A DNA stretch of 64,000 nucleotides from an uncultured bacterium (GTDB lineage: Bacteria; Verrucomicrobiota; Verrucomicrobiia; Verrucomicrobiales; DEV007), in assembly GCA_963977015.1 (NCBI GenBank), contig CAXBMO010000002.1:224001-288000 (forward strand), given 5' to 3'. The notes below the pieces were generated by a model. That model was not told the origin of the DNA, made no database searches, and was given only the letters and a program-made list of their open reading frames with translations. This document shows positions 36,873 through 46,725 of this stretch, piece after piece. The position numbers and the translations under genes are program-made. How positions within the stretch are numbered: position 1 is the first letter of the stretch; each line of letters opens with the position of its first letter.

Positions 36873-38936
36873 ATGGGAAATTACTATCGCGCTGCACACG
36901 GGGATTCGCTCGATCGTTTCAATAAAATTTTGGCGCAGGTCATCGCCTTCGTCATTATCACATTTTGTCTGGTGGCAGGAGTAAGCGCCGTTTTCAAAAA
37001 TCTGCTCGCTCCCGAGAATCTGGCACGCGCACGGCTGGAACGCGCCGGTTATCAACTGGATACCCAATCGGTGTTCAGAGCCGTCGAATTGAACGATCAA
37101 CGTTCGCTGGAACGGTTTCAGATCGCGGGCATTTCTCTCAACGAACCCAACGCCGAAGGAATCACGCCGCTCTTCTACTGCGTTGAGAAGAATCGTCTCA
37201 AAACACTGCGCGGATTGATCGAGCTCGGGGTCCCCACTTATCAACGAAACCCAGAGAACCGCTTGCCCGAGACCATCTCGATCTCCAGATCGCAGCACGA
37301 GATGACACGGTTTCTCTATGAGAATGGTGCGAACCCAAACGTCGATATCGAAGTCGGCGAACCAGCATTGGTGTGGGCAATTCGTCAGGGCGAAATGGAC
37401 ACCTTTCATCTGCTTCTCGAAAAAGGTGCGGATGTCACTCGGGAATCGAACCTTGGATCCCCGCTCTTCGTTTCCCTCCTTTATGGGAACCGTTCCGTCA
37501 TGGATCAATTGATTGCGAGAGGCGCTGATCCCAACTCCCTCAGTCCCGGCGGTGCCCGGGTGGCGGTTGCCGCAATGGAACTGGATCGCCCTGATCTCGC
37601 CCAGCGGTTGGTGAAGGCGGGAGCCAAGCCAAATCTTCGCGGCCAGAAATCCAGCCCATCGATGTTGGAGATCGCATTTCAGCGGCGCGATTCGGAAACC
37701 TTCGATCTTTGCATGGAACATGGCGGGGACATTTCCATCCTCGGCCTCAGCAAGATGACGATGCTCGAGGAAGCGGCTCGCGATCAGGACATCGACTGGA
37801 TGAACATTTTGCTCGCCTATGGAGCTGACCCCAACCAGCGCACGGCGGAAACCAACCAGCCCCTCTGGTGGGAGCGCCTCAATGCCGCCCAGCCACTACT
37901 TACCGAGACCCTTCTCGGAGCAGGCGCCGATATCAACAGCCTGGATGCAGAGGGCGTCAGCCCTATCGATCGAGCGATCGGAGCCAGCAACCTGAAACAA
38001 GTTCGCTATCTCTTTTCCCAAGGCGCGGAAACAAGCGGCCATTTGTGGAACCCGCTTCAGGAACGCAACCATGCCATGATCCGCTTCCTTCTCGCCAATG
38101 GTGAGGATGTGGAAGTGAACAATCCAGCCTCGTCCGGCATCAGTCCGCTCGGGTTTACAGCGATGAGCGGCGACGTCACCGGCGCCTCCTTATTGCTTGA
38201 ATATGGAGCCAAATTCGAGCCGGACGAAAAGCCGGGCGGCCACTCCATGTTGGAATGGGCAATCGCCCATAAGAAACCGATTCTCGCCGAGACCTTCGTC
38301 GATCTGGGAGCGGATCCCAACGAACGGCTTCCGCGCCCATCCACAGAGTTTCGCGCCCTTCTCAAGGAACACGGAAGCCTCAGCTACTACCTCCGCAATG
38401 ATCGCGGCCTCACCCCGTTGATGGTCGCAGCGGGATCCCGGCAGCATGAGATGGCGCGCATGCTGATGGATCACGGAGCGAGCAAGTCTATCAACTCCCG
38501 AAGCTACAAAGCCTGGCCCGTCAATTTTGCGATCCGGGCAGATGACATCCCAATGGCCCAAATGCTGTTTGGCCGTACTCCAGAGTATGACAAGAACTGG
38601 TCGAGAAAGGTCGTGATCGATCTCAGTCGCCAACGACTCAATTTTTACGTGAACGGCAAGTCGGTGTTTTCAACCGTTTGCTCGACCGGAAAACGTGGCT
38701 ACCGCACCCCAACCGGAACCTTTATCATCAGCGATAAGACGACCCTGCGTCATTCCACGCTTTATGGTTCGCCCATGCCGTATTTCCAGCGACTGAGCGG
38801 AAGCGCAATCGGAATGCACCAGGGGAATTGCCCGGGCTACGCCGCATCACACGGGTGTATCCGGATGCCATGGAGCTCCGCAAAAAGTCTCTACTACAAG
38901 ACCAAGGTAGGTGACATCGTGGTCGTTCAGCATTGA
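36873..38936 (+). CDS. Membrane-anchored ankyrin-repeat protein with C-terminal L,D-transpeptidase (YkuD) domain
   Basis: N-terminal TM helix; many TPL/SPL...GADPN repeats; VVIDLSRQRL, CSTGK..YRTPTGTF and HQG...ASHGCIRM. Confidence 0.9.
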   Translation: MGNYYRAAHGDSLDRFNKILAQVIAFVIITFCLVAGVSAVFKNLLAPENLARARLERAGYQLDTQSVFRAVELNDQRSLERFQIAGISLNEPNAEGITPLFYCVEKNRLKTLRGLIELGVPTYQRNPENRLPETISISRSQHEMTRFLYENGANPNVDIEVGEPALVWAIRQGEMDTFHLLLEKGADVTRESNLGSPLFVSLLYGNRSVMDQLIARGADPNSLSPGGARVAVAAMELDRPDLAQRLVKAGAKPNLRGQKSSPSMLEIAFQRRDSETFDLCMEHGGDISILGLSKMTMLEEAARDQDIDWMNILLAYGADPNQRTAETNQPLWWERLNAAQPLLTETLLGAGADINSLDAEGVSPIDRAIGASNLKQVRYLFSQGAETSGHLWNPLQERNHAMIRFLLANGEDVEVNNPASSGISPLGFTAMSGDVTGASLLLEYGAKFEPDEKPGGHSMLEWAIAHKKPILAETFVDLGADPNERLPRPSTEFRALLKEHGSLSYYLRNDRGLTPLMVAAGSRQHEMARMLMDHGASKSINSRSYKAWPVNFAIRADDIPMAQMLFGRTPEYDKNWSRKVVIDLSRQRLNFYVNGKSVFSTVCSTGKRGYRTPTGTFIISDKTTLRHSTLYGSPMPYFQRLSGSAIGMHQGNCPGYAASHGCIRMPWSSAKSLYYKTKVGDIVVVQH

Positions 38937-39019
38937 TCAATCCCTGACTTTCTGCGTCAAAGGTGGAACGAGGGCGATTTTTTTCGCGTGGTCCTTCATC
39001 ACCTCCATGATACACTGAC

Positions 39020-40432
39020 GTGGTAATGCATTGCCGTTGGATAACCTGCTTCTTGGCGTTGACCTTCGCTGCGGCGACGGCGGAAGAAGCTCAGATATCC
39101 CAGATCAAAGATCCACGGCAGACCCGCGAGCGGGCAACCAGTAGCTCGGGGCAGTTTCTGATCTACGGGGATGATGGCAAGATTCGCAGCCAATTCGCGA
39201 GAGACTGCGAAAAGGCTCGCAAGGATTTCGCGGCAGTCATCGGCCTCCCCAAAGGATGGTATTATCCCGTTGTCGTCGAAATTCATTCCAAACCGCTCCA
39301 GCGAGTCGAACGGCGCACGTTGGTAAGAGCCTTCCCCATTGAGCCGAACGGATTCCGATTCCAATTGGATATTCTGCAGGACGAAGACTTCAAGTCCGCA
39401 GATTTTGAGAAGGCCATGATCAGACTGCTCATTCTCGAGCAGATGTTCTATCCTCCCAATCGTAAAATCACCCAGGACAAAATCCCACCCTGGGTTCTTG
39501 CCGGGATTGAAGAACTTGTCTCCTACCATCGCCACGAAGTCCCGACAGATATTTTCGCTTCGCTGATCGAGTCTCATCAAATTCTCCCCGTTCGGGAAGT
39601 GTTGACGACGTCGCCTCAAGATCTCGACAACAGCGTAACCCGGAAGATCTATCGCGCATGCGCCGCCGCCCTCGTCCAGGCATTGCTCGATCAAGGTGAC
39701 GGCCAAGTTCGATTTCGCGTCTTCCTCCAGGATCTGGCGGTTGAAAAAGCGGATTCAACGGAACTCTTGGAACGGCACTTTGCCGCAATGCGCCAGGATT
39801 ACACCGGACTTGAAAAATGGTGGGCCCTGCAGATGGCCGCGATGAGTCAAAAATCCGTATTCGAGTATCTCAATATCGCGGAAACCGAAAAGCAACTGGA
39901 GCAAGCGCTGCAAGTTCGATTCGACAACCTCCCGGAACAGAAGAGCGCCGAAAACTTCTCAAGTCGAATCCCGAGTTTTCGCGAGATCAAACGTCGCTTC
40001 GATTCGAGCGGGAAGGACTTCACTTCGGGTTCCCTGCGCGACTTTGAGCAATTTGCCAATCATCCGAGGCTTGGCGACGCGTTAAAAGTCACCAGCGATC
40101 AACTCGCCAATATCCAGAATCGCGCCTTTCCCCTCTACATTCCTGTCATCGCCGGGTACAACAAGACGATGGCCCTGCTCCTGGAGGGAAAAACCCGGGA
40201 AGTTGCCGAGCGAATGGAGTTTCTTGAAATCCGCCGGAGGAACATTCGGTCCCAAATGACTCAGGTTACCGACTTCATGAACTGGTATGACGCCACGCAG
40301 ATTGAAGAAGAAAGTGACGACTTTGAAAGCTATGAGCGCGCTCTGATCGACATCGAAAAACTCGATCGCAGGAAACGCACCGACCCGATTTCGGGTTACT
40401 TGGATGCCATGGAAAAGGAGTTTGCCGACTGA
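39020..40432 (+). CDS. Secreted hypothetical protein (possible degenerate peptidase MA-like fold)
   Basis: Signal peptide; PPWVLAGIEE motif; no HExxH. Confidence 0.7.
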   Translation: MVMHCRWITCFLALTFAAATAEEAQISQIKDPRQTRERATSSSGQFLIYGDDGKIRSQFARDCEKARKDFAAVIGLPKGWYYPVVVEIHSKPLQRVERRTLVRAFPIEPNGFRFQLDILQDEDFKSADFEKAMIRLLILEQMFYPPNRKITQDKIPPWVLAGIEELVSYHRHEVPTDIFASLIESHQILPVREVLTTSPQDLDNSVTRKIYRACAAALVQALLDQGDGQVRFRVFLQDLAVEKADSTELLERHFAAMRQDYTGLEKWWALQMAAMSQKSVFEYLNIAETEKQLEQALQVRFDNLPEQKSAENFSSRIPSFREIKRRFDSSGKDFTSGSLRDFEQFANHPRLGDALKVTSDQLANIQNRAFPLYIPVIAGYNKTMALLLEGKTREVAERMEFLEIRRRNIRSQMTQVTDFMNWYDATQIEEESDDFESYERALIDIEKLDRRKRTDPISGYLDAMEKEFAD

Positions 40433-40487
40433 ATCTTTCTGATTTTGGGAATTGATATCTGATTTTCAGAATCTGAAAGTGGGGCTT

Positions 40488-41618
40488 ATGCAGCAAAAGC
40501 CCCTCGTACATCCCGAAGTCCAAGAAGCATTCTCCAACGAAACCTTTTCCGCGGATCGCCGCAAATTCCTCACTCGGGCTGGCGCAGCTGTCGGCGCCAT
40601 GTTGACCGGTCAGGCCATGGCGCAGGAACCCGCCGTTCCGCGTGACTGGACCGGCACCATCCCGACTCGCTACCCGGATCCCGACATCGTCGCACTGGAC
40701 GAACGCTTCAACCAATACAAGCTGGGCAACACCCCCATCCAGCGGATTTATCACAGCTCCAAAATGCTATGGGCTGAAGGTCCTGCCTGGAATGGAGTCG
40801 GCAAATATCTGCTTTGGAGCGACATTCCGAACAACGTGCAGCTGCGCTGGATTCAGGATGACGATCGCGTCAGTATTTTCCGGCATCCTTCGGGCAACAG
40901 CAATGGCAATACATTCGACTTCCAGGGCCGCCAAATTTCCTGCCAGCACGGCACGCGCAAAGTGGTTCGCTACGAGCATGACGGAAGCGAGACCGTTCTG
41001 GCTTCCGAGTTTGAGGGCAAGCCCTTCAACGCCCCCAACGACGTGGTCGTGTTTCCTGACGACGATGGCATTTGGTTCACGGATCCCGGGTATGGCAGCA
41101 TGATGAATTACGAGGGGAACAAGGGACCTCTCCACTTGAAGGAAGCCGTCTACCGGATCGATGCCATCACTGGAAAAATCACCAAGGTTACCGACGAGAT
41201 CAACAAGCCGAACGGCCTCTGCTTTTCTCCCGACTACAAGCAGCTTTACGTCTCCGACACCGGAACGCCAAAACCCGGTGAAGCGAAGAAAATCCGCGTT
41301 TGGGACATCGTCGATGGAACCAAGCTGGCCAATGGCAGAGACTTCGCCTCCATGGAATTTGGAGGGAAGTTTGGTGGAGCTGACGGCATTCGGGCAGATA
41401 TGGACGGCAATATTTGGGCGAGTGCGGGCTGGGTCGGCGACGGCTACGACGGCGTCCACGTTTTTGCGCCGGATGGCACCAGAATCGGCCAGATCAAGCT
41501 CCCTGAAATCTGCTCCAACGTGTGTTTCGGCGGCCAAAAGCGCAATCGCCTGTTCATGACCGGAAGTTCGTCGATCTACGCAGTTTATGTGGAAGCCCAA
41601 GGGGCGCACATCACTTAG
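40488..41618 (+). CDS. SMP-30/gluconolactonase family protein with Tat signal
   Basis: DRRKFL twin-arginine motif; WAEGPAW, SDIPN, SNGN, NAPND, PNGLCFSPD and ADGIRAD. Confidence 0.92.
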   Translation: MQQKPLVHPEVQEAFSNETFSADRRKFLTRAGAAVGAMLTGQAMAQEPAVPRDWTGTIPTRYPDPDIVALDERFNQYKLGNTPIQRIYHSSKMLWAEGPAWNGVGKYLLWSDIPNNVQLRWIQDDDRVSIFRHPSGNSNGNTFDFQGRQISCQHGTRKVVRYEHDGSETVLASEFEGKPFNAPNDVVVFPDDDGIWFTDPGYGSMMNYEGNKGPLHLKEAVYRIDAITGKITKVTDEINKPNGLCFSPDYKQLYVSDTGTPKPGEAKKIRVWDIVDGTKLANGRDFASMEFGGKFGGADGIRADMDGNIWASAGWVGDGYDGVHVFAPDGTRIGQIKLPEICSNVCFGGQKRNRLFMTGSSSIYAVYVEAQGAHIT

Positions 41619-42702
41619 GTCTGGACCGCTGAGCTGCAATCCGGGCAGCGACCGCAAACCCCAGTTTGGTGACATCGTGATCGCGCGTGTCGAGACCGGC
41701 ATTGCTGAGGAGGAGGATGTTCGTCTCCCTGGGAACGACGCGCCCAACAAAGGTGTCGAAACCAACCCAGCACCCGTTGTGCCACGCCAGTTTCTGACCG
41801 GCGATTCGCTCAATCGTCCAGCCATACCCATACCGAAAAGGCTCTGCATCAATCGCTTGCGGCTGCAGGGCCTGCTCGACGGATTCACGCGAAACAAGTT
41901 GATGGCCAAAATACGCTGTCATCCATTTGTCGAGATCCGAAACTGAAGAGTAGACGCCTTTGTCACCAACGATCCCGTTCAGAAAATCCTCATCGTCTTC
42001 CAGATACTGCCACAAAATCCGGTTGTAACCCACGGCGCGCCCGGGAACCGACTTCCAACCAAGCCCGGGCACCGATGTGTTGTCCATCGCGAGAGGGGCG
42101 AAGAAGTGCTGCTGCAGATAGGCAGCGAAACTCATTCCACTGGCGGCCTCGATCGATGAAGCGAGCATCGCATACCCCGAGTTGCTGTAGCGCCGCTCGC
42201 TCCCGGGTTCAAAGAGCAACCGCTTGCCCTCCAGATACTTGACGATTTCTGCATTGGTCGACTTGGATCGCAGAAACTGGAAACCGGTGTATTCCTGAAG
42301 TCCCGCGCTGTGGGTCAGCAAGTGATGAATCGTGAGCCCCTCATGCGATAGCGTCGGCAAAATGCGTTGCGCAAAATCCTGGATTTGGAGAATGCCGTGT
42401 TCCTGGCAATGTTGAATCGCGGCGGCCGTGATGGGTTTGGAAACCGAGCCGAGCCGGAATGGAGTGTCCGGACCAATCGAGGTCTTGGCCTTGAGATCAG
42501 CCATCCCGACATACCGCTGGTAAACGATCTTTCCATTTCTGGAATTACTCACCAAAATCGCGATCCCGGGAGTTTCCTGATCGAGTTCGGCGCGAGTTAC
42601 AAACTGATCCACCGCAGAACGAATCGATTCCGAAAGCCCGGTTGCGGCTGAACTTGAGATCAGCCCCAGGATCAATGCGATAATCGAAAAACTCAGCTTC
42701 AT
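41611..42702 (-). CDS. Serine hydrolase, beta-lactamase/AmpC-like family
   Basis: SxxK (SVSK), LLTHSAG, YSN and HNG; signal peptide. Confidence 0.9.
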   Translation of the reverse strand: MKLSFSIIALILGLISSSAATGLSESIRSAVDQFVTRAELDQETPGIAILVSNSRNGKIVYQRYVGMADLKAKTSIGPDTPFRLGSVSKPITAAAIQHCQEHGILQIQDFAQRILPTLSHEGLTIHHLLTHSAGLQEYTGFQFLRSKSTNAEIVKYLEGKRLLFEPGSERRYSNSGYAMLASSIEAASGMSFAAYLQQHFFAPLAMDNTSVPGLGWKSVPGRAVGYNRILWQYLEDDEDFLNGIVGDKGVYSSVSDLDKWMTAYFGHQLVSRESVEQALQPQAIDAEPFRYGYGWTIERIAGQKLAWHNGCWVGFDTFVGRVVPRETNILLLSNAGLDTRDHDVTKLGFAVAARIAAQRSRPK

Positions 42703-42746
42703 CGGGCGTCTCATTTGGACGGAAAAACAACGCCCGTCTTCAGCCC

Positions 42747-43565
42747 CTACCCCGCCGTTTTCGACTCAGCTTCTTCGGCCGATGCGGTCGCCGCCTTTTT
42801 CTTCGCAGGCTCTTCCTCTTTCGTGATCGGCAACCTTCCAAACAGATTTAACTTCTTGGGAGGTGCCATCGCAATTTCCGTTCCCGCTGGAGTTTGCATG
42901 GCCCCGTAGACGATCGGAACTGCCGTGAAACAGATGCGATCATCGTCAACGCGCGAAATATTGATCACCGCCGCACAGGTGGAAGAGGTTCCAACCTGCA
43001 GCAACCGGTTGAGTTGGAGATCGAAGTGCGCTTCGGGCAACGAGGCGGCCGGAATCACGTATTCGATCACGACGTTGGGAAAATCTTCGGACTGTCCCCG
43101 CAATGCCAATCCAGACGGAAACACATCTTTGGGCCCGAGTTCTCGAATCCCGTAAATCCGGTAATCCCCACGAATGTAGGTCACTCGCTCCACGCCGACG
43201 TAGTTGGTGACGTATTCCCGCCGCAAAACCGAGCTGATCGATCTCAAGCCTTCTCTGTCCTGGCTGTAGTAAAGATTGTAAAGATCACGCGGTGTATTGA
43301 ATTTGCCACGCGGCGCCCCGGCAGGAGCGTAATCTTTCAGGCCTTCAATTTTCTCCAGTTTGGTAAGAAGATTGTAGCTGAACGCTTTTTCCGGATGCCC
43401 GAAGACATACATGCAGAAAATCCAGGAAAACGCCGTTAATGCGGTCAGGACGACAATCAGAACCGACCAAAGAAACAAGCCATCGTCATCCCCCTTCGCA
43501 CTCGTGCCGAGGCGAACTTGCCTGGAAAAAGTGCTTCGGTCGCTACTGAAAAAATCCATCGCCAT
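42747..43565 (-). CDS. Hypothetical membrane-anchored protein
   Basis: 272-aa ORF with one N-terminal TM region, co-oriented with and 12 nt from the Fe-S carrier gene. Confidence 0.7.
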   Translation of the reverse strand: MAMDFFSSDRSTFSRQVRLGTSAKGDDDGLFLWSVLIVVLTALTAFSWIFCMYVFGHPEKAFSYNLLTKLEKIEGLKDYAPAGAPRGKFNTPRDLYNLYYSQDREGLRSISSVLRREYVTNYVGVERVTYIRGDYRIYGIRELGPKDVFPSGLALRGQSEDFPNVVIEYVIPAASLPEAHFDLQLNRLLQVGTSSTCAAVINISRVDDDRICFTAVPIVYGAMQTPAGTEIAMAPPKKLNLFGRLPITKEEEPAKKKAATASAEEAESKTAG

Positions 43566-43577
43566 GACGTTATAAAT

Positions 43578-43955
43578 TTAAGTTCCACAGCTGGATTCGT
43601 CAATGGGCTGGCCCTCTGTGCCGGCACCGCTCATCTCAAACGACGTCCCGCATCCGCAACTCCTCGCCGCTAGCGGATTCTGGATCTTAAAACCTGCGTC
43701 GTTCAGGGAATCCTCGTAATCGACTTCGCTTCCCTTCAAGAACTCAACACTGTCTGCCGCGATAATGAAACGAACGCCACCCGCTTCGACCACCTCATCG
43801 GCCTCCTCCGGATCGCCGACCTGCATGATGTATTGCATGCCTGCGCACCCCCCTCGTTCAACGCCCAAACGCAGCCCTTTCTCTTCAGGAGAGACGCCTT
43901 TTTGAGCCAAAAGTTCGCGCAATTGCGAAATCGCGTTTTCGGTAACGGTGATCAT
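43578..43955 (-). CDS. A-type Fe-S cluster carrier (HesB/IscA/ErpA family)
   Basis: Motifs GGCAGMQY and NP...SCGCGTSF. Confidence 0.95.
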   Translation of the reverse strand: MITVTENAISQLRELLAQKGVSPEEKGLRLGVERGGCAGMQYIMQVGDPEEADEVVEAGGVRFIIAADSVEFLKGSEVDYEDSLNDAGFKIQNPLAARSCGCGTSFEMSGAGTEGQPIDESSCGT

Positions 43956-44118
43956 GCTTGTTGGACGTAAATTAGCGCTCAAAACCTAAAATTCCAGCCA
44001 CACTTACCAACGAAGCAACGAATAGTCTCGCAAACGCCACGGTCAGAAGGCACGAATCAATGCCACATTACGAGATCCTAACTTTTTTCCAAGTCGATAC
44101 TGGCATACGTTTTCGCAG

Positions 44119-45888
44119 ATGAAGTCCCTTACCCTTTTGCTGATGGCGTTGATGCCTGCGTTCCTCAACGCGGAAACGCTCACGCTCGACGAATCGTTCC
44201 ATCACGTACGAAATAAGAAAAAACGTGAGTGGAATTCATTCGCCGAATTGCCGGAATCCGTTTCGATCGAACACACATTTTCGCTCAAAACGCCGGAGAA
44301 GTGGAAATTCCTCACCTTTCGGCAGGCTGAAACCAAGCAGGCGTGGGAGGTGAATCTCAATGGGCAGAAAATAGGACAACTTGCGCGGGATCACAACGAC
44401 ATGGAGCAGGTCCTGGAGATTCCCACGGGCATTCTCCAAGCCTCGGACAACATCCTGGAGATCTCGACGGCCTCGTCCGTTCCTGACGACATCCGCATTG
44501 GTGAATTCGCGCTGCAATCTGAAGATCTTGAGACCCGCGCCGGTGCGAGCGGATACGCGATGAGCGTGGTCGATGAAGCGGGACAGCCCCTGCCCTGTCG
44601 CTTCACCATTGTGAAGGCCGAATCAGGGACACTCGCCTTGTTGAGCGCGAAGTCGAACGAGCGGCAGGCCGTCCGGACCGGGGTCGTTTACGCCCTGGAC
44701 GGAAAGCTGAATGTTCGCCTGGTTCCCGGAGATTACCGAATCCATGTGGGACGCGGGTTTGAATACGAATTGGTGAACCTGCCCATCAAAGTTTCTGCAG
44801 GCCAAATGAGCCTTCCCTCCGAGCCAGTCACGCTCCACCGGCAGGTTCCGACTCCGGGCATGGTCGCCTGCGACGCTCATCTGCATACCTACGAATTCGC
44901 CAGGCACGGCGACTGTAGCCTGATCGAACGCCTCATTTCGATTGCGGGCGAAGGCATTGAGCTCCCGATTTCGACTGAGCACAATCAACACATCGACTAT
45001 GCCCCGGAAGCCGAGCGAATCGGAGCTTCCTCGTTCTTCACTCCAGTCATCGGCTGCGAGGTCACAACATCGGAAGGGCACTTCAACAGTTGGCCGATCG
45101 AAAAGGACGCGACTCCGGCAGAACACAAGCTGCGCCCGTGGAAGGAAGTCTTTCGGAACATCTACGACACGCCGGGCGTCAAGGTCTGCATGCTCAACCA
45201 CGGGCGAGACCTTCACGGAGGTTTCACCCCGTTTTCTCCGTCGCACTGGAGTCTGCGCAGCGGCAGTTTCACCGACGGAAGACAGTTGCGCGCCAACGGG
45301 ATGGAGGTTTTGAACTCTGGTGCAACCAAAGTTGATCCGTTGCTTCTTGCCCATGATTGGATGGCGCTGGTTCGATCCGGCCATCAGATCGCGGCTTTCG
45401 GAACGAGCGACTCTCATACCGTCAATTTTGCGATTCCCGGCCAAGGCCGAACCTATCTCCCGATTCCCGACGGCGATCCCTCGAATCTTGATGTTCAAGC
45501 CGCCGCTGAAGCGGTATTAAAGGGACAAACCTACGTCAGTTTCGGACTGCTCGCCAAAATCTCCCACGACGGAGAAAAGATCACGGCCACGGTTTGGGGT
45601 CCGGATTGGACTCAGGCAAAAGAACTCACCCTTTTCGTCAATGGCACGGCCCGGCGGAAATTCCGCATTTCCGAATCTGAGGGGAAAGCCGCCGGAAAGA
45701 AATTCAGCACGACGTGGACCGCCTCCGATCTCAAGGTAAAGCGGGGTCAATTCGTGGTTGCCATCGCAACGGGGCCGGGAATTACCGAAGCCTACTGGCC
45801 AATGATGCCTCCCTATCAGGCTGAATCCACCGACTTCAAACCGTATGTCCTCGGGATCAGCCCTCCAATCTACCCGCGCGGACGTTGA
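44119..45888 (+). CDS. CehA/McbA-like PHP-superfamily metallohydrolase, secreted
   Basis: Signal peptide; motifs DAHLHT, STEHN, GCEVT...GHFN, NHG and SDSH. Confidence 0.82.
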   Translation: MKSLTLLLMALMPAFLNAETLTLDESFHHVRNKKKREWNSFAELPESVSIEHTFSLKTPEKWKFLTFRQAETKQAWEVNLNGQKIGQLARDHNDMEQVLEIPTGILQASDNILEISTASSVPDDIRIGEFALQSEDLETRAGASGYAMSVVDEAGQPLPCRFTIVKAESGTLALLSAKSNERQAVRTGVVYALDGKLNVRLVPGDYRIHVGRGFEYELVNLPIKVSAGQMSLPSEPVTLHRQVPTPGMVACDAHLHTYEFARHGDCSLIERLISIAGEGIELPISTEHNQHIDYAPEAERIGASSFFTPVIGCEVTTSEGHFNSWPIEKDATPAEHKLRPWKEVFRNIYDTPGVKVCMLNHGRDLHGGFTPFSPSHWSLRSGSFTDGRQLRANGMEVLNSGATKVDPLLLAHDWMALVRSGHQIAAFGTSDSHTVNFAIPGQGRTYLPIPDGDPSNLDVQAAAEAVLKGQTYVSFGLLAKISHDGEKITATVWGPDWTQAKELTLFVNGTARRKFRISESEGKAAGKKFSTTWTASDLKVKRGQFVVAIATGPGITEAYWPMMPPYQAESTDFKPYVLGISPPIYPRGR

Positions 45889-45999
45889 GCGTTTCCTGCA
45901 CGAAACCGACTCTAACATGTGCCAAAATGCGGCTTGATTCGGCGCGGCTCCTGACGCAAATGAAGAACCTGAAATCGCACATCGTCGCTTCTTTCCTCC

Positions 46000-46725
46000 A
46001 TGCAGAACCAATCCATCGCCGCCGTTCCACCACTTGTGTTGGCTGCCCTGCTCCTCGTTCAGTGCGGATGGCAGGATCCTGAAACCAATGGCGGGGCAAA
46101 AGTTGGCGCCAGAACTTCCAAAAAGGCCAAGTTTCATGGTCTCCTTGATGTGCAGGAAGTGTCGCCAGGCATCAAGGTCGATCTGCGCTATGCAACGCGC
46201 CACAACGTAACCAACAGGCGCCTCTACCCTTCGAGCATGGCCGCCTTGCTGACGGCTGACTCTTCGCACCGACTGGCCCGGGCGCAGGAGGAGCTTCGCC
46301 GACAGGGATACGGCCTCAAAGTCTGGGATGCCTATCGACCGCCTCGTGCCCACATGGCGCTCTGGAAGTCCGCGCCGGACAGCACCTACGTTGTTAAACC
46401 CTCCCCCACTTCGTGGTCGCGCCATACGCAGGGATTGGCCGTGGATGTCACACTCGTTGACCGCAACGGTGTGGAAATGCGGATGCCCACGGGGTTTGAT
46501 GCCTTCACGCCCGCTGCCAGCTCCACCTACATCGGCAGTGACCCGGAAATTCGCCGGAATCTGGAGGTTCTCCAAACCGCGATGCGCAATGCCGGTTTCA
46601 ACACGATTCCGAGCGAATGGTGGCATTTTTGGAACCCAAATGTCGAGATAGGAAAAGTTGTGTTTGCGTCTCAGTTAGGGTTAGTATTACCAGAGAATGT
46701 CCGACGAATACAAATTCCCAGATGA
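46000..46725 (+). CDS. D-Ala-D-Ala dipeptidase (VanX/DdpX, peptidase M15D)
   Basis: Motifs LRYAT, WDAYRP, SRHTQGLAVD (SxHxxGxAxD) and EWWHF. Confidence 0.92.
   Translation: MQNQSIAAVPPLVLAALLLVQCGWQDPETNGGAKVGARTSKKAKFHGLLDVQEVSPGIKVDLRYATRHNVTNRRLYPSSMAALLTADSSHRLARAQEELRRQGYGLKVWDAYRPPRAHMALWKSAPDSTYVVKPSPTSWSRHTQGLAVDVTLVDRNGVEMRMPTGFDAFTPAASSTYIGSDPEIRRNLEVLQTAMRNAGFNTIPSEWWHFWNPNVEIGKVVFASQLGLVLPENVRRIQIPR

Noticed and set aside
41611..46725. Acquired antibiotic-resistance cassette (beta-lactamase plus vanX)
   Set aside because: There are no vanHA/vanRS or mobility genes, and both families are common chromosomal enzymes.
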